The notes under the pieces: model-generated | The model's database searches: none | Told to the model about the DNA's origin: nothing | The model's input: only the letters and a program-made list of their open reading frames with translations | Program-made: the position numbers and the translations under genes | Part shown: one piece after another, positions 36,278 through 45,483 of the stretch | Layout of the letters: every line of letters begins with the position of its first letter | Position numbering within the stretch: the stretch's first letter is position 1 | Assembly (NCBI GenBank): GCA_002505695.1 | Contig: DAVU01000013.1 | Location: 27,300-91,299, forward strand | Length of the DNA stretch: 64,000 bases | Reading direction: 5' to 3' | From: Euryarchaeota archaeon UBA487 | GTDB lineage: Archaea > Thermoplasmatota > Poseidoniia > Poseidoniales > Thalassarchaeaceae

Positions 36278-36348
36278 TTTTTCATATCAGAAGAAGGACC
36301 CATGGATCAAGCCCGAACTTGAAATACGACCTAACATTTCAACGGGCT

Positions 36349-37494
36349 ATGAGCAAGACGGATGTAGTCGAGGCATATACCCCGAATTTTGAGGGCTGGG
36401 TCAGAGAATTCCATGAATGGCAAACAAGGATAGGATTCGACCCAGCGTGGTTAGGAGACTATCGATTTGAGATCAGGTTCGACTGGGATTCCGCTGGGAA
36501 GACCATTGAATTCGGAGATTTCGAAGGAATGCCGAAATGGAGCAGAAGGATGCAAATTCCTCAACAGAACATCCGTGACGCTATAATTAACATGATTAGC
36601 GTTCAGGGAGACACAGAATTTGCATCTGTCGAGCAACAGAATCACTTACTTGCCACCGCACCGACAGAATACGACAGAAAATCCGCATTGAGGATAATGT
36701 GTGAGGAGCAGCGACATGGATGGCAGATGGCCTACTTATTGTGCACATACTTCGGCGAACAAGGCGTAAGGGAAGCTGCAAAATTGCTTGAGAGGAATGC
36801 GCAAGATGGGACTAGGCTCCTTGGTTCTTTCAACGCCCCCATAGATCACTGGCTAGATTTCTTTTGCTTTACTCACTTCATCGACAGGGATGGGAAGTAT
36901 CAATTGAAAATGCTCTCCACTAGCTCATTTCAGCCTCTATCTGCCTCAATGGGGCCAATGCTGAAAGAGGAGTCTTTCCACCTCGGAACAGGAGCAAATG
37001 GGCTAAGGAGGATTGTGAAAGCAGGAGTCATCCCAGTCTCATTCCTACAGAAATACATCAACAAGTGGGTGAGCACGGGACTCGACCTATTTGGCACGGA
37101 CGAATCCACATCGGCCCAATGGGCGTATGTCTATGGCGTCAAGGGTAGATACGACGAGAGGGAATCCGAGCAAGAGGCTGACCGAGAACACCTGAATGAA
37201 GCCAGCAGGGGATTGTATTTCGATGAGCTAAAGGCAGAAATGGTAAGAATAAGCAAAGGTCGAAAAGAAGGCGAACCTGAACTCTACATACCATCTGACA
37301 AGTTCAACCGGGGGATAGGAAAATACTCGTCAGAGATGTATACCGTCAAGGGAGAAGAATTTGAGGGGAGTCCGGAAGAATATCGAACCTACCTTTCCGA
37401 GGTCTTGCCATCGGATGAAGATGAGCGCAAGCTCATGGAGGAGTACATGGCTCCCGGCGTAGAGTGGATACAATATCGCGAGTGGAAGGGCTGA
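36349..37494 (+). CDS. BoxB-like di-iron oxygenase (benzoyl-CoA 2,3-epoxidase subunit B family / PaaA-related ferritin-like)
   Basis: 'VQGDTEFASVEQQNHL', 'MCEEQRHGWQMAYLL', 'FTHFIDRDGKYQL', 'MLKEESFHLGTG' parallel the BoxB segments as I recall them (GDTEPASVEQQRHL / VEEGRHLWAMVYLL / ITDRDGKFQL / LTEEAHH). An upstream TTG (36274) is possible. Confidence 0.65.
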   Translation: MSKTDVVEAYTPNFEGWVREFHEWQTRIGFDPAWLGDYRFEIRFDWDSAGKTIEFGDFEGMPKWSRRMQIPQQNIRDAIINMISVQGDTEFASVEQQNHLLATAPTEYDRKSALRIMCEEQRHGWQMAYLLCTYFGEQGVREAAKLLERNAQDGTRLLGSFNAPIDHWLDFFCFTHFIDRDGKYQLKMLSTSSFQPLSASMGPMLKEESFHLGTGANGLRRIVKAGVIPVSFLQKYINKWVSTGLDLFGTDESTSAQWAYVYGVKGRYDERESEQEADREHLNEASRGLYFDELKAEMVRISKGRKEGEPELYIPSDKFNRGIGKYSSEMYTVKGEEFEGSPEEYRTYLSEVLPSDEDERKLMEEYMAPGVEWIQYREWKG

Positions 37495-37522
37495 TCCCTT
37501 AGCAATAACTGGAGATGATCTG

Positions 37523-38086
37523 ATGCAAACTCATGCGCTATTGAACGTTGATAGGAAATTGCTCGCACCATTTTTCGATAGGGTGCCCGAGTTGTTTGAC
37601 AAATATCACAACCGTGAAGAAGAGAAACCAGATGTCTACGAGGAGTTGCTGTACAAAATCCACAGACCTCTCACTAGTGAGATGCTGGACATGATCGATG
37701 ACTGGATGGGCATAGAACATCGTAATCTAAACCAGGATCAGGAATTGATGCTGCGCCTTTTCCTACTCGCAATTAGGTATCCAGACACGCTCCTGCTAGA
37801 GAGCCTTGATGACGTCATCACAAATGATGTTCGAAGAATATCAGCGTACCTACACTTCACCAGCCACACTTACACGATTTGGGACCAAGACACGCGATCA
37901 GGACTGAAAAAACTAGGATTTGACATCCCTGACACCAAAAAAGCCGACCCCTTCATCTATGGCGCCTACGTAGGTACCATTGAGCTGATTAAAGATCTAG
38001 CTCCCTTCACCTGCTTCCTAGAGCACGACGTTCCGAGACAACGGTTGTTTCAGGCTGCAATTGCCCAGTATGGTCGCGAAGCCTGA
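37523..38086 (+). CDS. Hypothetical protein
   Basis: 187-codon ORF tightly packed between the BoxB-like and HADH genes. No motif recognised. Confidence 0.5.
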   Translation: MQTHALLNVDRKLLAPFFDRVPELFDKYHNREEEKPDVYEELLYKIHRPLTSEMLDMIDDWMGIEHRNLNQDQELMLRLFLLAIRYPDTLLLESLDDVITNDVRRISAYLHFTSHTYTIWDQDTRSGLKKLGFDIPDTKKADPFIYGAYVGTIELIKDLAPFTCFLEHDVPRQRLFQAAIAQYGREA

Positions 38087-38112
38087 AGTCCTTTGTTATC
38101 CCTGAATGTATC

Positions 38113-39015
38113 ATGAGGGATGAGGGGATAGGGACTGTCGCAGTGATTGGCGCGGGGGCGATGGGTGCTGGAATTGCACAAGTGTTTGCGGAAAAGGGAT
38201 TTGAAACCCGACTTTTCGATCCGTATCCCGAAAGCCTTGAGCGAGGCATGAATCAGATCAAAGACTTCTGGAAAAAGGGGATAGAACGGGGGAAAACCAC
38301 CATAGAAGACAAAGAAAATTGGTCCCGAAATCTTAGCTATGAGGGAGAACTAGAGAAAACTACAAGCGATGCAGACTTGATAATCGAGGCCGCTCCTGAG
38401 AACCTAGACCTCAAAAAAGGGATATTCTCTGAGCTGGAGAAGATTACAAAACCCGGAGCGATTCTTGCAAGCAACACATCCAGCCTCTCAATAGGGATGC
38501 TGGCTGATGGCCTCTCGCAACCTGGGAGGGTGATTGGAATGCATTTTTTCAATCCAGTGCCACTAATGACACTATTAGAGATCGTTCGACATGACAAAAA
38601 CGACCAACACACAATAGACACTATCCGGAAGATAGGGTCTAAGATCGGTAAGACTACTATTCTAGTGAATGATGTGCCAGGTTTTGCAACAAGTCGACTT
38701 GGGGTTGTTCTCGGGAACGAGGCTATTCGTATGCTTGCAGAAGGAGTGGCATCTGCATCAGACATTGACACCGCAATGAGGCTTGGTTACAAGCATCCGA
38801 TGGGACCTCTCGAATTGTCAGACATGGTTGGACTGGACGTTAGAAGGGATATCCTCAACGGTTTATCCGAGTCACTTGGCGACGAGAGGTATCTCCCTCA
38901 TCCGCTACTTGAAAAATTAGTCAATGAGGGAAGTCTCGGAAAAAAGACTGGGGTCGGCATTTACCATTGGAAGGACGGTCAAAAGACTGATCGAGAGGAC
39001 CTTGGGGGGCGATGA
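38113..39015 (+). CDS. 3-hydroxyacyl-CoA dehydrogenase
   Basis: 'VAVIGAGAMGAGIAQVFA', 'ASNTSSLSI', 'GMHFFNPVP.M.LLEIV', 'PGFATSRL'. Confidence 0.85.
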   Translation: MRDEGIGTVAVIGAGAMGAGIAQVFAEKGFETRLFDPYPESLERGMNQIKDFWKKGIERGKTTIEDKENWSRNLSYEGELEKTTSDADLIIEAAPENLDLKKGIFSELEKITKPGAILASNTSSLSIGMLADGLSQPGRVIGMHFFNPVPLMTLLEIVRHDKNDQHTIDTIRKIGSKIGKTTILVNDVPGFATSRLGVVLGNEAIRMLAEGVASASDIDTAMRLGYKHPMGPLELSDMVGLDVRRDILNGLSESLGDERYLPHPLLEKLVNEGSLGKKTGVGIYHWKDGQKTDREDLGGR

Positions 39016-39788
39016 TGCTGGATTTTTCTGGAATGAAAGTTCTTGTTACGGGTGGTGCCGGGGGGATAGGAACTGAGATATGTCGCCAGTTGCATGCTTT
39101 TGGGGCAGAAGTCGTAGTACACTATTACAACTCGAAACTCCAAGCAGAGGAACTTGCAAAGGAGATTGGTGGTATTGCAATTCAAGCCGATTTGACGAAC
39201 GAAGATGATGCAATCAATCTTTTCAAACAAATTGAGAACTCACACGGGGGCCTGGACTGTTGTGTCGCAAACGCTGGTAAATACCCAACTGAATCGCTAC
39301 CAGCGTGGGAGATCAGTGGTGATAGGCTGTCGGAGACTCTCGACCTAAATCTCAAAGTTTCTTTCTTCACATCTCGAGAGTTCTTGAGGCGTGCGGTGGA
39401 GCGTAGACATGGGTCTCTAGTATTGGTTGGTTCAACAGCTGGTGTCCATGGAGAGCAGGGTCATGCCGACTACGCATGTGCTAAAGGGGCCATCACAAGC
39501 GGCTTACTCAAAACTCTGAAAAATGATGTAGCAGGAACTGGAGTTAGAGTCAATGCTGTGGCGCCGGGCTGGACACTAACCGAGTCAAAAATCAATGATG
39601 GCTTCGATGAAAGTATATCAAAAACGGCTCTGAAGACCATGTCGATCAAAAAATTGGCGATTCCGAAAGATGTGGCTTCAGCGGTCTCATTCCTACTTCA
39701 TGACGGATATAGTGGACATATCTCCGGCCAAGTTCTAGAGGTATCAGGCGGTATGGAAGGTAGAATTATTCCAGGGGTTGATGAATGA
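39012..39788 (+). CDS. SDR family oxidoreductase (FabG-like)
   Basis: 'VLVTGGAGGIG', 'NAG', 'YACAKGA' (YxxxK). ATGA overlap with the upstream gene. Confidence 0.8.
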   Translation: MMLDFSGMKVLVTGGAGGIGTEICRQLHAFGAEVVVHYYNSKLQAEELAKEIGGIAIQADLTNEDDAINLFKQIENSHGGLDCCVANAGKYPTESLPAWEISGDRLSETLDLNLKVSFFTSREFLRRAVERRHGSLVLVGSTAGVHGEQGHADYACAKGAITSGLLKTLKNDVAGTGVRVNAVAPGWTLTESKINDGFDESISKTALKTMSIKKLAIPKDVASAVSFLLHDGYSGHISGQVLEVSGGMEGRIIPGVDE

Positions 39789-40059
39789 ATTGGCCGAACT
39801 ATGGATAGAGGTTATTGGCCTGTTTGCAGGCATGATCGGCGTGATCGCATGGATCCCGCAGATAAGGGAGGTTTGGTTTACAGGAAAACATGAGGGCATA
39901 TCGCTTCCAACCTTCGGTTTGATTGCAACCGCACTCTCTGCTTGGCTGATTTACGGAGTTTTAATCAGATCGCTATCAATTATACTTGCAAATCTCGCTG
40001 CGTTGGGATGCATTTCGTTGATAATCCTTGGAGTGATTCGATTGCGAGGGCATGAATGA
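39781..40059 (+). CDS. SemiSWEET / PQ-loop three-TM transporter
   Basis: About 92 aa with three TM helices and 'IAWIPQIREVW' (PQ motif after TM1). Overlaps the SDR stop by 8 nt. Confidence 0.55.
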   Translation: MNELAELWIEVIGLFAGMIGVIAWIPQIREVWFTGKHEGISLPTFGLIATALSAWLIYGVLIRSLSIILANLAALGCISLIILGVIRLRGHE

Positions 40060-40060
40060 C

Positions 40061-40846
40061 TCATTTCATAAAATTTGGATCCCTCTTTTCCAGGAAAGAC
40101 CTTACCCCTTCCTTGAAATCAGTTTCCATTGCCGCCGCAACCATCAGTTGTCTTTCAAATTCAAGTTGGGTTTCAAAAAATGTGGTTGTGGATGCATCGA
40201 GAAGTTGTTTCGTACCTCGTCTACTGCTTTCTGACCATGAACCCCATTTCTCTGCGACCTCAATAGATCTTGAGATAAGTTCAGACTCCGGAACTATCTC
40301 GTCCAAGGCCCCGTGTTCTAGGGCCTCCTCTGAACTCCAAACCTGATTCTCGAAGAAGAATTCCTTTGATTTCTGAAGCCCAACTAACCTTGGCAGGAGC
40401 CATGTTGTGCCCCCATCCGGTGAAAGGCCTAATCGGAAGAACGCGGCGGCAAGTTTGGCTTTGCCATTTGAGATACGATAGTCAGTACTCAATGCAAGCC
40501 CCAAACCCCCCCCTGCAGCAGCACCGTTCATCGCACCGACAAACACTGTAGGCGTTCTTCTCATACGCAACAGAAGAGGGTGTAATTGTCCGGTCATCGA
40601 CTCAACTAACTCCCTGATAACCCCCGCGTCTATAGCTTCGTCAAACTTGTCAACAGGCCCTCCCGCGGAAAAGAACTTGCCAGTTCCAGTTAAGACAACG
40701 GCATTTGTATTGGGATCCTCGATCAATCCGTCAATCGTACTTACGACGTCCTCAATGGTCCCCGAGGAAAAGGTGTCTCGCGAAGTTTTCTCGGAGAATG
40801 TGACTAAAGCAACATGCGGAGAGGGGTGGTTGACTGAAAGCGCCAT
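40061..40846 (-). CDS. Enoyl-CoA hydratase/isomerase family protein
   Basis: 'VVLTGTGKFFSAGG', 'VGAMNGAAAGGGLGLALSTDYRI'. The start is moved to the internal ATG (Met20). Confidence 0.75.
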   Translation of the reverse strand: MALSVNHPSPHVALVTFSEKTSRDTFSSGTIEDVVSTIDGLIEDPNTNAVVLTGTGKFFSAGGPVDKFDEAIDAGVIRELVESMTGQLHPLLLRMRRTPTVFVGAMNGAAAGGGLGLALSTDYRISNGKAKLAAAFFRLGLSPDGGTTWLLPRLVGLQKSKEFFFENQVWSSEEALEHGALDEIVPESELISRSIEVAEKWGSWSESSRRGTKQLLDASTTTFFETQLEFERQLMVAAAMETDFKEGVRSFLEKRDPNFMK

Positions 40847-40915
40847 GCATCCCCACAGAAGCCTTTGGCTATGAACTCCATGAACGTGATAAGGGAATGT
40901 CACCTACGCGAGGTC

Positions 40916-42343
40916 ATGATAACAAGGGATATGCTGTATATCAACGGTTCTTGGACCGCATCCAGCGGTGAATCTGCCCTGCTCGTTGAGAATCCAACCA
41001 GTGAGGAAATTATTGGTTCAGTTCCTGACGGGACAATTCAGGACACTGATTTAGCAGTGGAAGCCGCGAAAAATGCATTTGATTCGTGGTCGAAGTCGCC
41101 GATTCAAGAAAGAATCAGGATTCTTCATGCATTATCAGAGTCATTCAAGGAGAGGTCAGAGGAACTTGCTGAGATCATTACCTCCGAAGTTGGGACTCCC
41201 ATAGAATACTCCAGAATCGCGATGGTCGGGACACCGAGGGTGGTTTCGAAAAGCTACGCCAAGTTGCTTGATTCATACAAATGGGAAGAGGAAGTTCGAA
41301 ATTCAATAATTGTCAAAGAGCCTATCGGGGTATGTGCCTTCATTACCCCATGGAATTTCCCATTGCACCAAATCATTGGAAAGGTGGCTCCGGCAATAGC
41401 CGCAGGATGCACGATGATATTGAAACCGTCCAGAGAAGCGCCGATTAATGCATTCATTCTAGCCGATATTCTTCATGAGATAGGGCTTCCAGATGGTGTA
41501 TTCAATCTCGTAAGTGGTCGAGGATCGACGGTAGGGAGCAGGTTGTCTTCCCATCCCGATGTTGATATGATCTCCTTCACAGGTTCCACATCCGCGGGCA
41601 TAGCAGTGACTGAGGATGCCGCCAGAACTGTCAAGAGAGTGACTCTGGAGTTGGGGGGAAAAAGTGCAAATGTTGTATTGGAAGATGCTGATGTAATTAG
41701 AGCTGCAAAGTCCTCAATCTCCGCATGTTTTGCCAACTCTGGTCAGACATGTTCTGCGCTCACTCGACTTATAGTCCCAGAGTCGAAGATATCAGAGATG
41801 ATTCCCGTGATTGCAGAAAGGGTGTCGAAATACAAAATAGGAAACCCGATGGATCCTTCAACCCGATGTGGGCCAATGGTTTCTGCGAGCCAGAAAGAGA
41901 GTGTCTTAGAATTTGTCCGAGCGGGAATTGAAGAAGGGGCGACCTTAGTCGCTGGCGGGCCGGAAGACGTAGATGGAATCGAGAAAGGACATTTTGTGAG
42001 ACCAACGGTTTTCAAGGATGTAAAACCAAGTATGAGGATTTGGAAAGAGGAGATTTTTGGTCCTGTTCTCTGCATAACTTCCTACAAAGACGAAGATGAG
42101 GCATTGGAACTCGCAAACGACTCAGATTACGGTCTATCTGGAGGTGTATGGTCATCTGATCCGAATAGGGCCCTGCAATTCGCCCGGAAGATGCGAACAG
42201 GGCAGGTTAGCATAAACGGAGGTCCTTTCAATGTGAGTGCGCCGTTTGGAGGATACAAGAAATCAGGTAATGGTCGTGAATTGGGCATCTATGGGCTTGA
42301 AGAGTTTCTAGAAATTAAATCTATACAGAAACCAATACAATAA
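40916..42343 (+). CDS. NAD(P)-dependent aldehyde dehydrogenase
   Basis: 'FITPWNFPL', 'LELGGKS', 'FANSGQTCSA', 'EEIFGPV', 'GGYKKSGNGRE'. Confidence 0.85.
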   Translation: MITRDMLYINGSWTASSGESALLVENPTSEEIIGSVPDGTIQDTDLAVEAAKNAFDSWSKSPIQERIRILHALSESFKERSEELAEIITSEVGTPIEYSRIAMVGTPRVVSKSYAKLLDSYKWEEEVRNSIIVKEPIGVCAFITPWNFPLHQIIGKVAPAIAAGCTMILKPSREAPINAFILADILHEIGLPDGVFNLVSGRGSTVGSRLSSHPDVDMISFTGSTSAGIAVTEDAARTVKRVTLELGGKSANVVLEDADVIRAAKSSISACFANSGQTCSALTRLIVPESKISEMIPVIAERVSKYKIGNPMDPSTRCGPMVSASQKESVLEFVRAGIEEGATLVAGGPEDVDGIEKGHFVRPTVFKDVKPSMRIWKEEIFGPVLCITSYKDEDEALELANDSDYGLSGGVWSSDPNRALQFARKMRTGQVSINGGPFNVSAPFGGYKKSGNGRELGIYGLEEFLEIKSIQKPIQ

Positions 42344-42344
42344 T

Positions 42345-43169
42345 TCAACTTGATTCTTCAAAACAGTATGGACACGTTTCTCCCAAGACGTATTTATCAG
42401 ACATTTGCTCTTTCACTGAAAGTGGCTCCCTGCAACTGAAGCACATCTGAATGTTTGATTCCTCCAGGTTCGCATCCAGAGCAACTCTTTGATCAAACAC
42501 AAAACAGTCCCCCTCCCAGTGTGAGTCGCCAAAGTCATCAAGATATGCTAGGATGCCTCCCTCCAGCTGGCGTACATCTCGGAAACCAGAGTTTAGCATA
42601 ACCACAGACGCCTTCTCACACCTAATTCCACCAGTGCAATACATTACTATGGTCTTAGATTTCAAATCATCTGGCAATTTTTTTACAGCCTCAGGAAAAT
42701 GACGGAATGTGGGTATTCTGAGGTCTAATGCTCCTTTGAATTTACCCACTCTGGTCTCGTACATATTTCTCGTATCCAGGATTACTACGTCTGAGCCATG
42801 GTCCAACATATCTTTGAATTCTTTAGTAGTAATGTGAGGGCCTGTGAACTTTAGAGGCTGAATTTCGTCCATCCCGAGTGAGATAATTTCTTTTTTCTTT
42901 TTTACCAACATTCTACGAAAAGGCTGGTACTCAGTGTAGCTGAATTTAATTGGTATTTCGCTCAGTCTCGGGTCCTCATTCAACAATGCCAGAAATGTAT
43001 CGATCGATTCCTGAGAACCAGCCAGAAAAAAATTTATTCCATTCTTGCTCAGTAAAACAGAGCCTTTCAACTCATTTTTTTGGCAATGGGAAAGGATTTT
43101 TTTCCTGAGTGAATCTAAACCATGCAGTTCGACGAATTTGTAACCTGCGATGTTAACAACTCGGTTCAT
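42345..43169 (-). CDS. trhO: Rhodanese-domain protein, TrhO/YceA (UPF0176) family
   Basis: 'VNIAGYKF', 'ILDTRN.YE...G.F.GA', active-site 'YCTGGIRCEKAS', C-terminal Cys cluster 'C.SC...C..C'. Confidence 0.7.
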   Translation of the reverse strand: MNRVVNIAGYKFVELHGLDSLRKKILSHCQKNELKGSVLLSKNGINFFLAGSQESIDTFLALLNEDPRLSEIPIKFSYTEYQPFRRMLVKKKKEIISLGMDEIQPLKFTGPHITTKEFKDMLDHGSDVVILDTRNMYETRVGKFKGALDLRIPTFRHFPEAVKKLPDDLKSKTIVMYCTGGIRCEKASVVMLNSGFRDVRQLEGGILAYLDDFGDSHWEGDCFVFDQRVALDANLEESNIQMCFSCREPLSVKEQMSDKYVLGETCPYCFEESS

Positions 43170-43232
43170 GCTTCCAACCCAATGTATCAATTGACTAATC
43201 TACATGCCTCCGAATCTGGGTCAGGTTATTTG

Positions 43233-44300
43233 TTAATCGACCAAGGATGTGAACGCTGACGTACAGGATGGGGGGGCGGATACAGGGTTGCATCGGCTTG
43301 GATTCCCTTCTGGAATTTCGACCCAATAGTCAATACCGTCTACTTTTGCTGGGTAGTCAGTCGAGATACTGTGTGCTCCGGAAGTTAGTGCTGCAATTAG
43401 CCTAGTAGTATCGTTATTGTCCGCTTCCTCTCCTCCGCTATCCGCCCGTGTTCTCACGATATATCCGCTAGACACTAAATCCTCAATGTCGGAGTGTGAG
43501 TTAACAGGGTCTATGAGGGAAAAAAAACCTCTTGCATGATCCGGAGAATCAGCAAGTGAAGTGAACATTGGGAACATTGCACCATTTGGATAGAAATCAT
43601 CCAGGTATATCTGTCTCATATCACCCGTGGCCAGTAGGATAAAAATCGTCTTCCCCTTTCCACTCTCTATGGTCGGCCAACCCTCAATTCTCAGGGCTTC
43701 TCCCAGGTCGGAATAATTGCCTTGGATTTGTTTTGGAGTTATGGTTTTGTTATCTGGCCAAAACTGTGTCAATTCATGTTCAATCTGACCTAAAAGATCA
43801 GAAATTTGAATTGTCGCGGTTATTTCTAGACTTTGTTCCAACCAGTCCTTTGGTTCAATCCACACGAATGTAGTATGGTGGGATGGATTGTTTTCAGACC
43901 ATTCCAAAAGTACCTCCAAACAATTTTCAAATGTAGGGCATGTTGTTCCCGAATCATACTGATTATGGTATACCCTGAGACCGCCTCTGGGGTCCCACCA
44001 GACATCTATCTCGAATTGTCTCACTCCCTGTACTGAAGCTTGAACGTCCAGGGTTTCGTGCGTGTACATGTACTCTCTTGTCGGAGAAATGATTGGCTCC
44101 ACGTGGTACGAATTATGGGTCCCTTTCATCTGTAAATGGTTTATTCGGAGATCTGGATCTGGTATGTTGTGATTCAGATCATCAGCCACAGCATCAGAAC
44201 CAAAACAGCCAGAGAAAGGGGCAAGCAGCAACATTATCAAAACTGAAAGTATCACTGATTTGGTGTACATCTCATGTTTTCGATCATGGAAGAGTCTCAT
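43233..44300 (-). CDS. Secreted PI-PLC-like (PLC-like phosphodiesterase) protein
   Basis: Signal or lipobox-like N-terminus ('LLLAPFSGCFG'). 'INHLQMKGTHNSYH' matches the GTHNSY catalytic motif of the PI-PLC X-domain/PLC-like family. Confidence 0.5.
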   Translation of the reverse strand: MRLFHDRKHEMYTKSVILSVLIMLLLAPFSGCFGSDAVADDLNHNIPDPDLRINHLQMKGTHNSYHVEPIISPTREYMYTHETLDVQASVQGVRQFEIDVWWDPRGGLRVYHNQYDSGTTCPTFENCLEVLLEWSENNPSHHTTFVWIEPKDWLEQSLEITATIQISDLLGQIEHELTQFWPDNKTITPKQIQGNYSDLGEALRIEGWPTIESGKGKTIFILLATGDMRQIYLDDFYPNGAMFPMFTSLADSPDHARGFFSLIDPVNSHSDIEDLVSSGYIVRTRADSGGEEADNNDTTRLIAALTSGAHSISTDYPAKVDGIDYWVEIPEGNPSRCNPVSAPPSCTSAFTSLVD

Positions 44301-44346
44301 CTTTCAGTAGCCTCATTTATCCTCAGCACAAGGGAAGATCTGCTGA

Positions 44347-45276
44347 TTAATCACTGAGGGAGCCAGTGTTGACAACAGGGGTTGTGTCAGTTTCAGAGCA
44401 TAGAACAACCAGCAAGTTGCTAACCATTGTCGCTTTTTTATCCTCATCAAGTTCAATGATCTTTTTTGCACTTAGTTGTTCTAGTGCTAGTTCTACCATC
44501 CCGACTGCTCCATCGACAATCTCCCTGCGAGCAGCAACCACCGCGGCCGCCTGTTGTCTGCGAAGCATGGCCTGTGCTATTTCCGTCGAATATGCAAGAT
44601 AGCTAATCCTAGCCTCCAAAACTTCTATTCCGGCTCTCGCTAGTCTCGCTTCCACGGAAGTCTGGAGCTCCTCAGCGACTGCATCTTGATGGCTGGAGAG
44701 AGTTATTCCGCCGATGTCCTTCTCCTCTATCGCGTCATATGGATATTTTGTGGCCATTTCTCTCAGTGCAGCTTCACTTTGTATTTGCACATAGTGGTCA
44801 TAGTTCTCCACTTCGAATAGCGCCTCGGCGGAATCAAATACCCTCCACACAACAACCGCTGCTATGTCAATTGGGTTTGCATTGACATCATTCACCTTCA
44901 GTTTGTTGGATTCAAAGTTATTTATTCGGAGGGATATCCTAGTTTTTGTGTACAAGGGATTCAGGAAGAATTGAAATCCTTCGTCCTTCAATGTGGCCGC
45001 GTATTTTCCAAAGAATTGGACCACAACTGACTCATTTGGGTTAATGATGACGTAGCTGTTAAACATTACAAGGAATAGAGGTATAGTGAGAATCAGGATC
45101 AATACCGATAGACCCCCTGTTGGAGCAATAAGGATCATCAGCACCAAGTTGGTGACTGCTAACGCCAGATGCAGGATCAGACCCAGAAATCCGTTGATCG
45201 CCTTTGCGTTTATATCCTTGAAAGTGGGCTCCAAATCCTTCAAATTAGTTGACATAGGTCTATTTTCCATATACAT
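44347..45276 (-). CDS. SPFH/band 7 domain membrane protein
   Basis: N-terminal TM pair, then an SPFH-like core and an Ala/Gln-rich coiled-coil tail ('QAMLRRQQAAAVVAARREIVDGA'). Confidence 0.65.
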   Translation of the reverse strand: MYMENRPMSTNLKDLEPTFKDINAKAINGFLGLILHLALAVTNLVLMILIAPTGGLSVLILILTIPLFLVMFNSYVIINPNESVVVQFFGKYAATLKDEGFQFFLNPLYTKTRISLRINNFESNKLKVNDVNANPIDIAAVVVWRVFDSAEALFEVENYDHYVQIQSEAALREMATKYPYDAIEEKDIGGITLSSHQDAVAEELQTSVEARLARAGIEVLEARISYLAYSTEIAQAMLRRQQAAAVVAARREIVDGAVGMVELALEQLSAKKIIELDEDKKATMVSNLLVVLCSETDTTPVVNTGSLSD

Positions 45277-45483
45277 TGGTGAGAAATATACAATTTAATT
45301 CTATCACAGGATCTGGCCGGAAATTCTAGTCAGTGCACAGTATGCGATCCAATCCTAACCAATTGATACGACAATGAATTTCAATCAACGACGAATCTCG
45401 CAATTTTTCTTATTTTTACTGCCTATCACAACCACAATGTTACCTACAGAAAGAATGAGATAACCATAGTACTACGAAACGTC

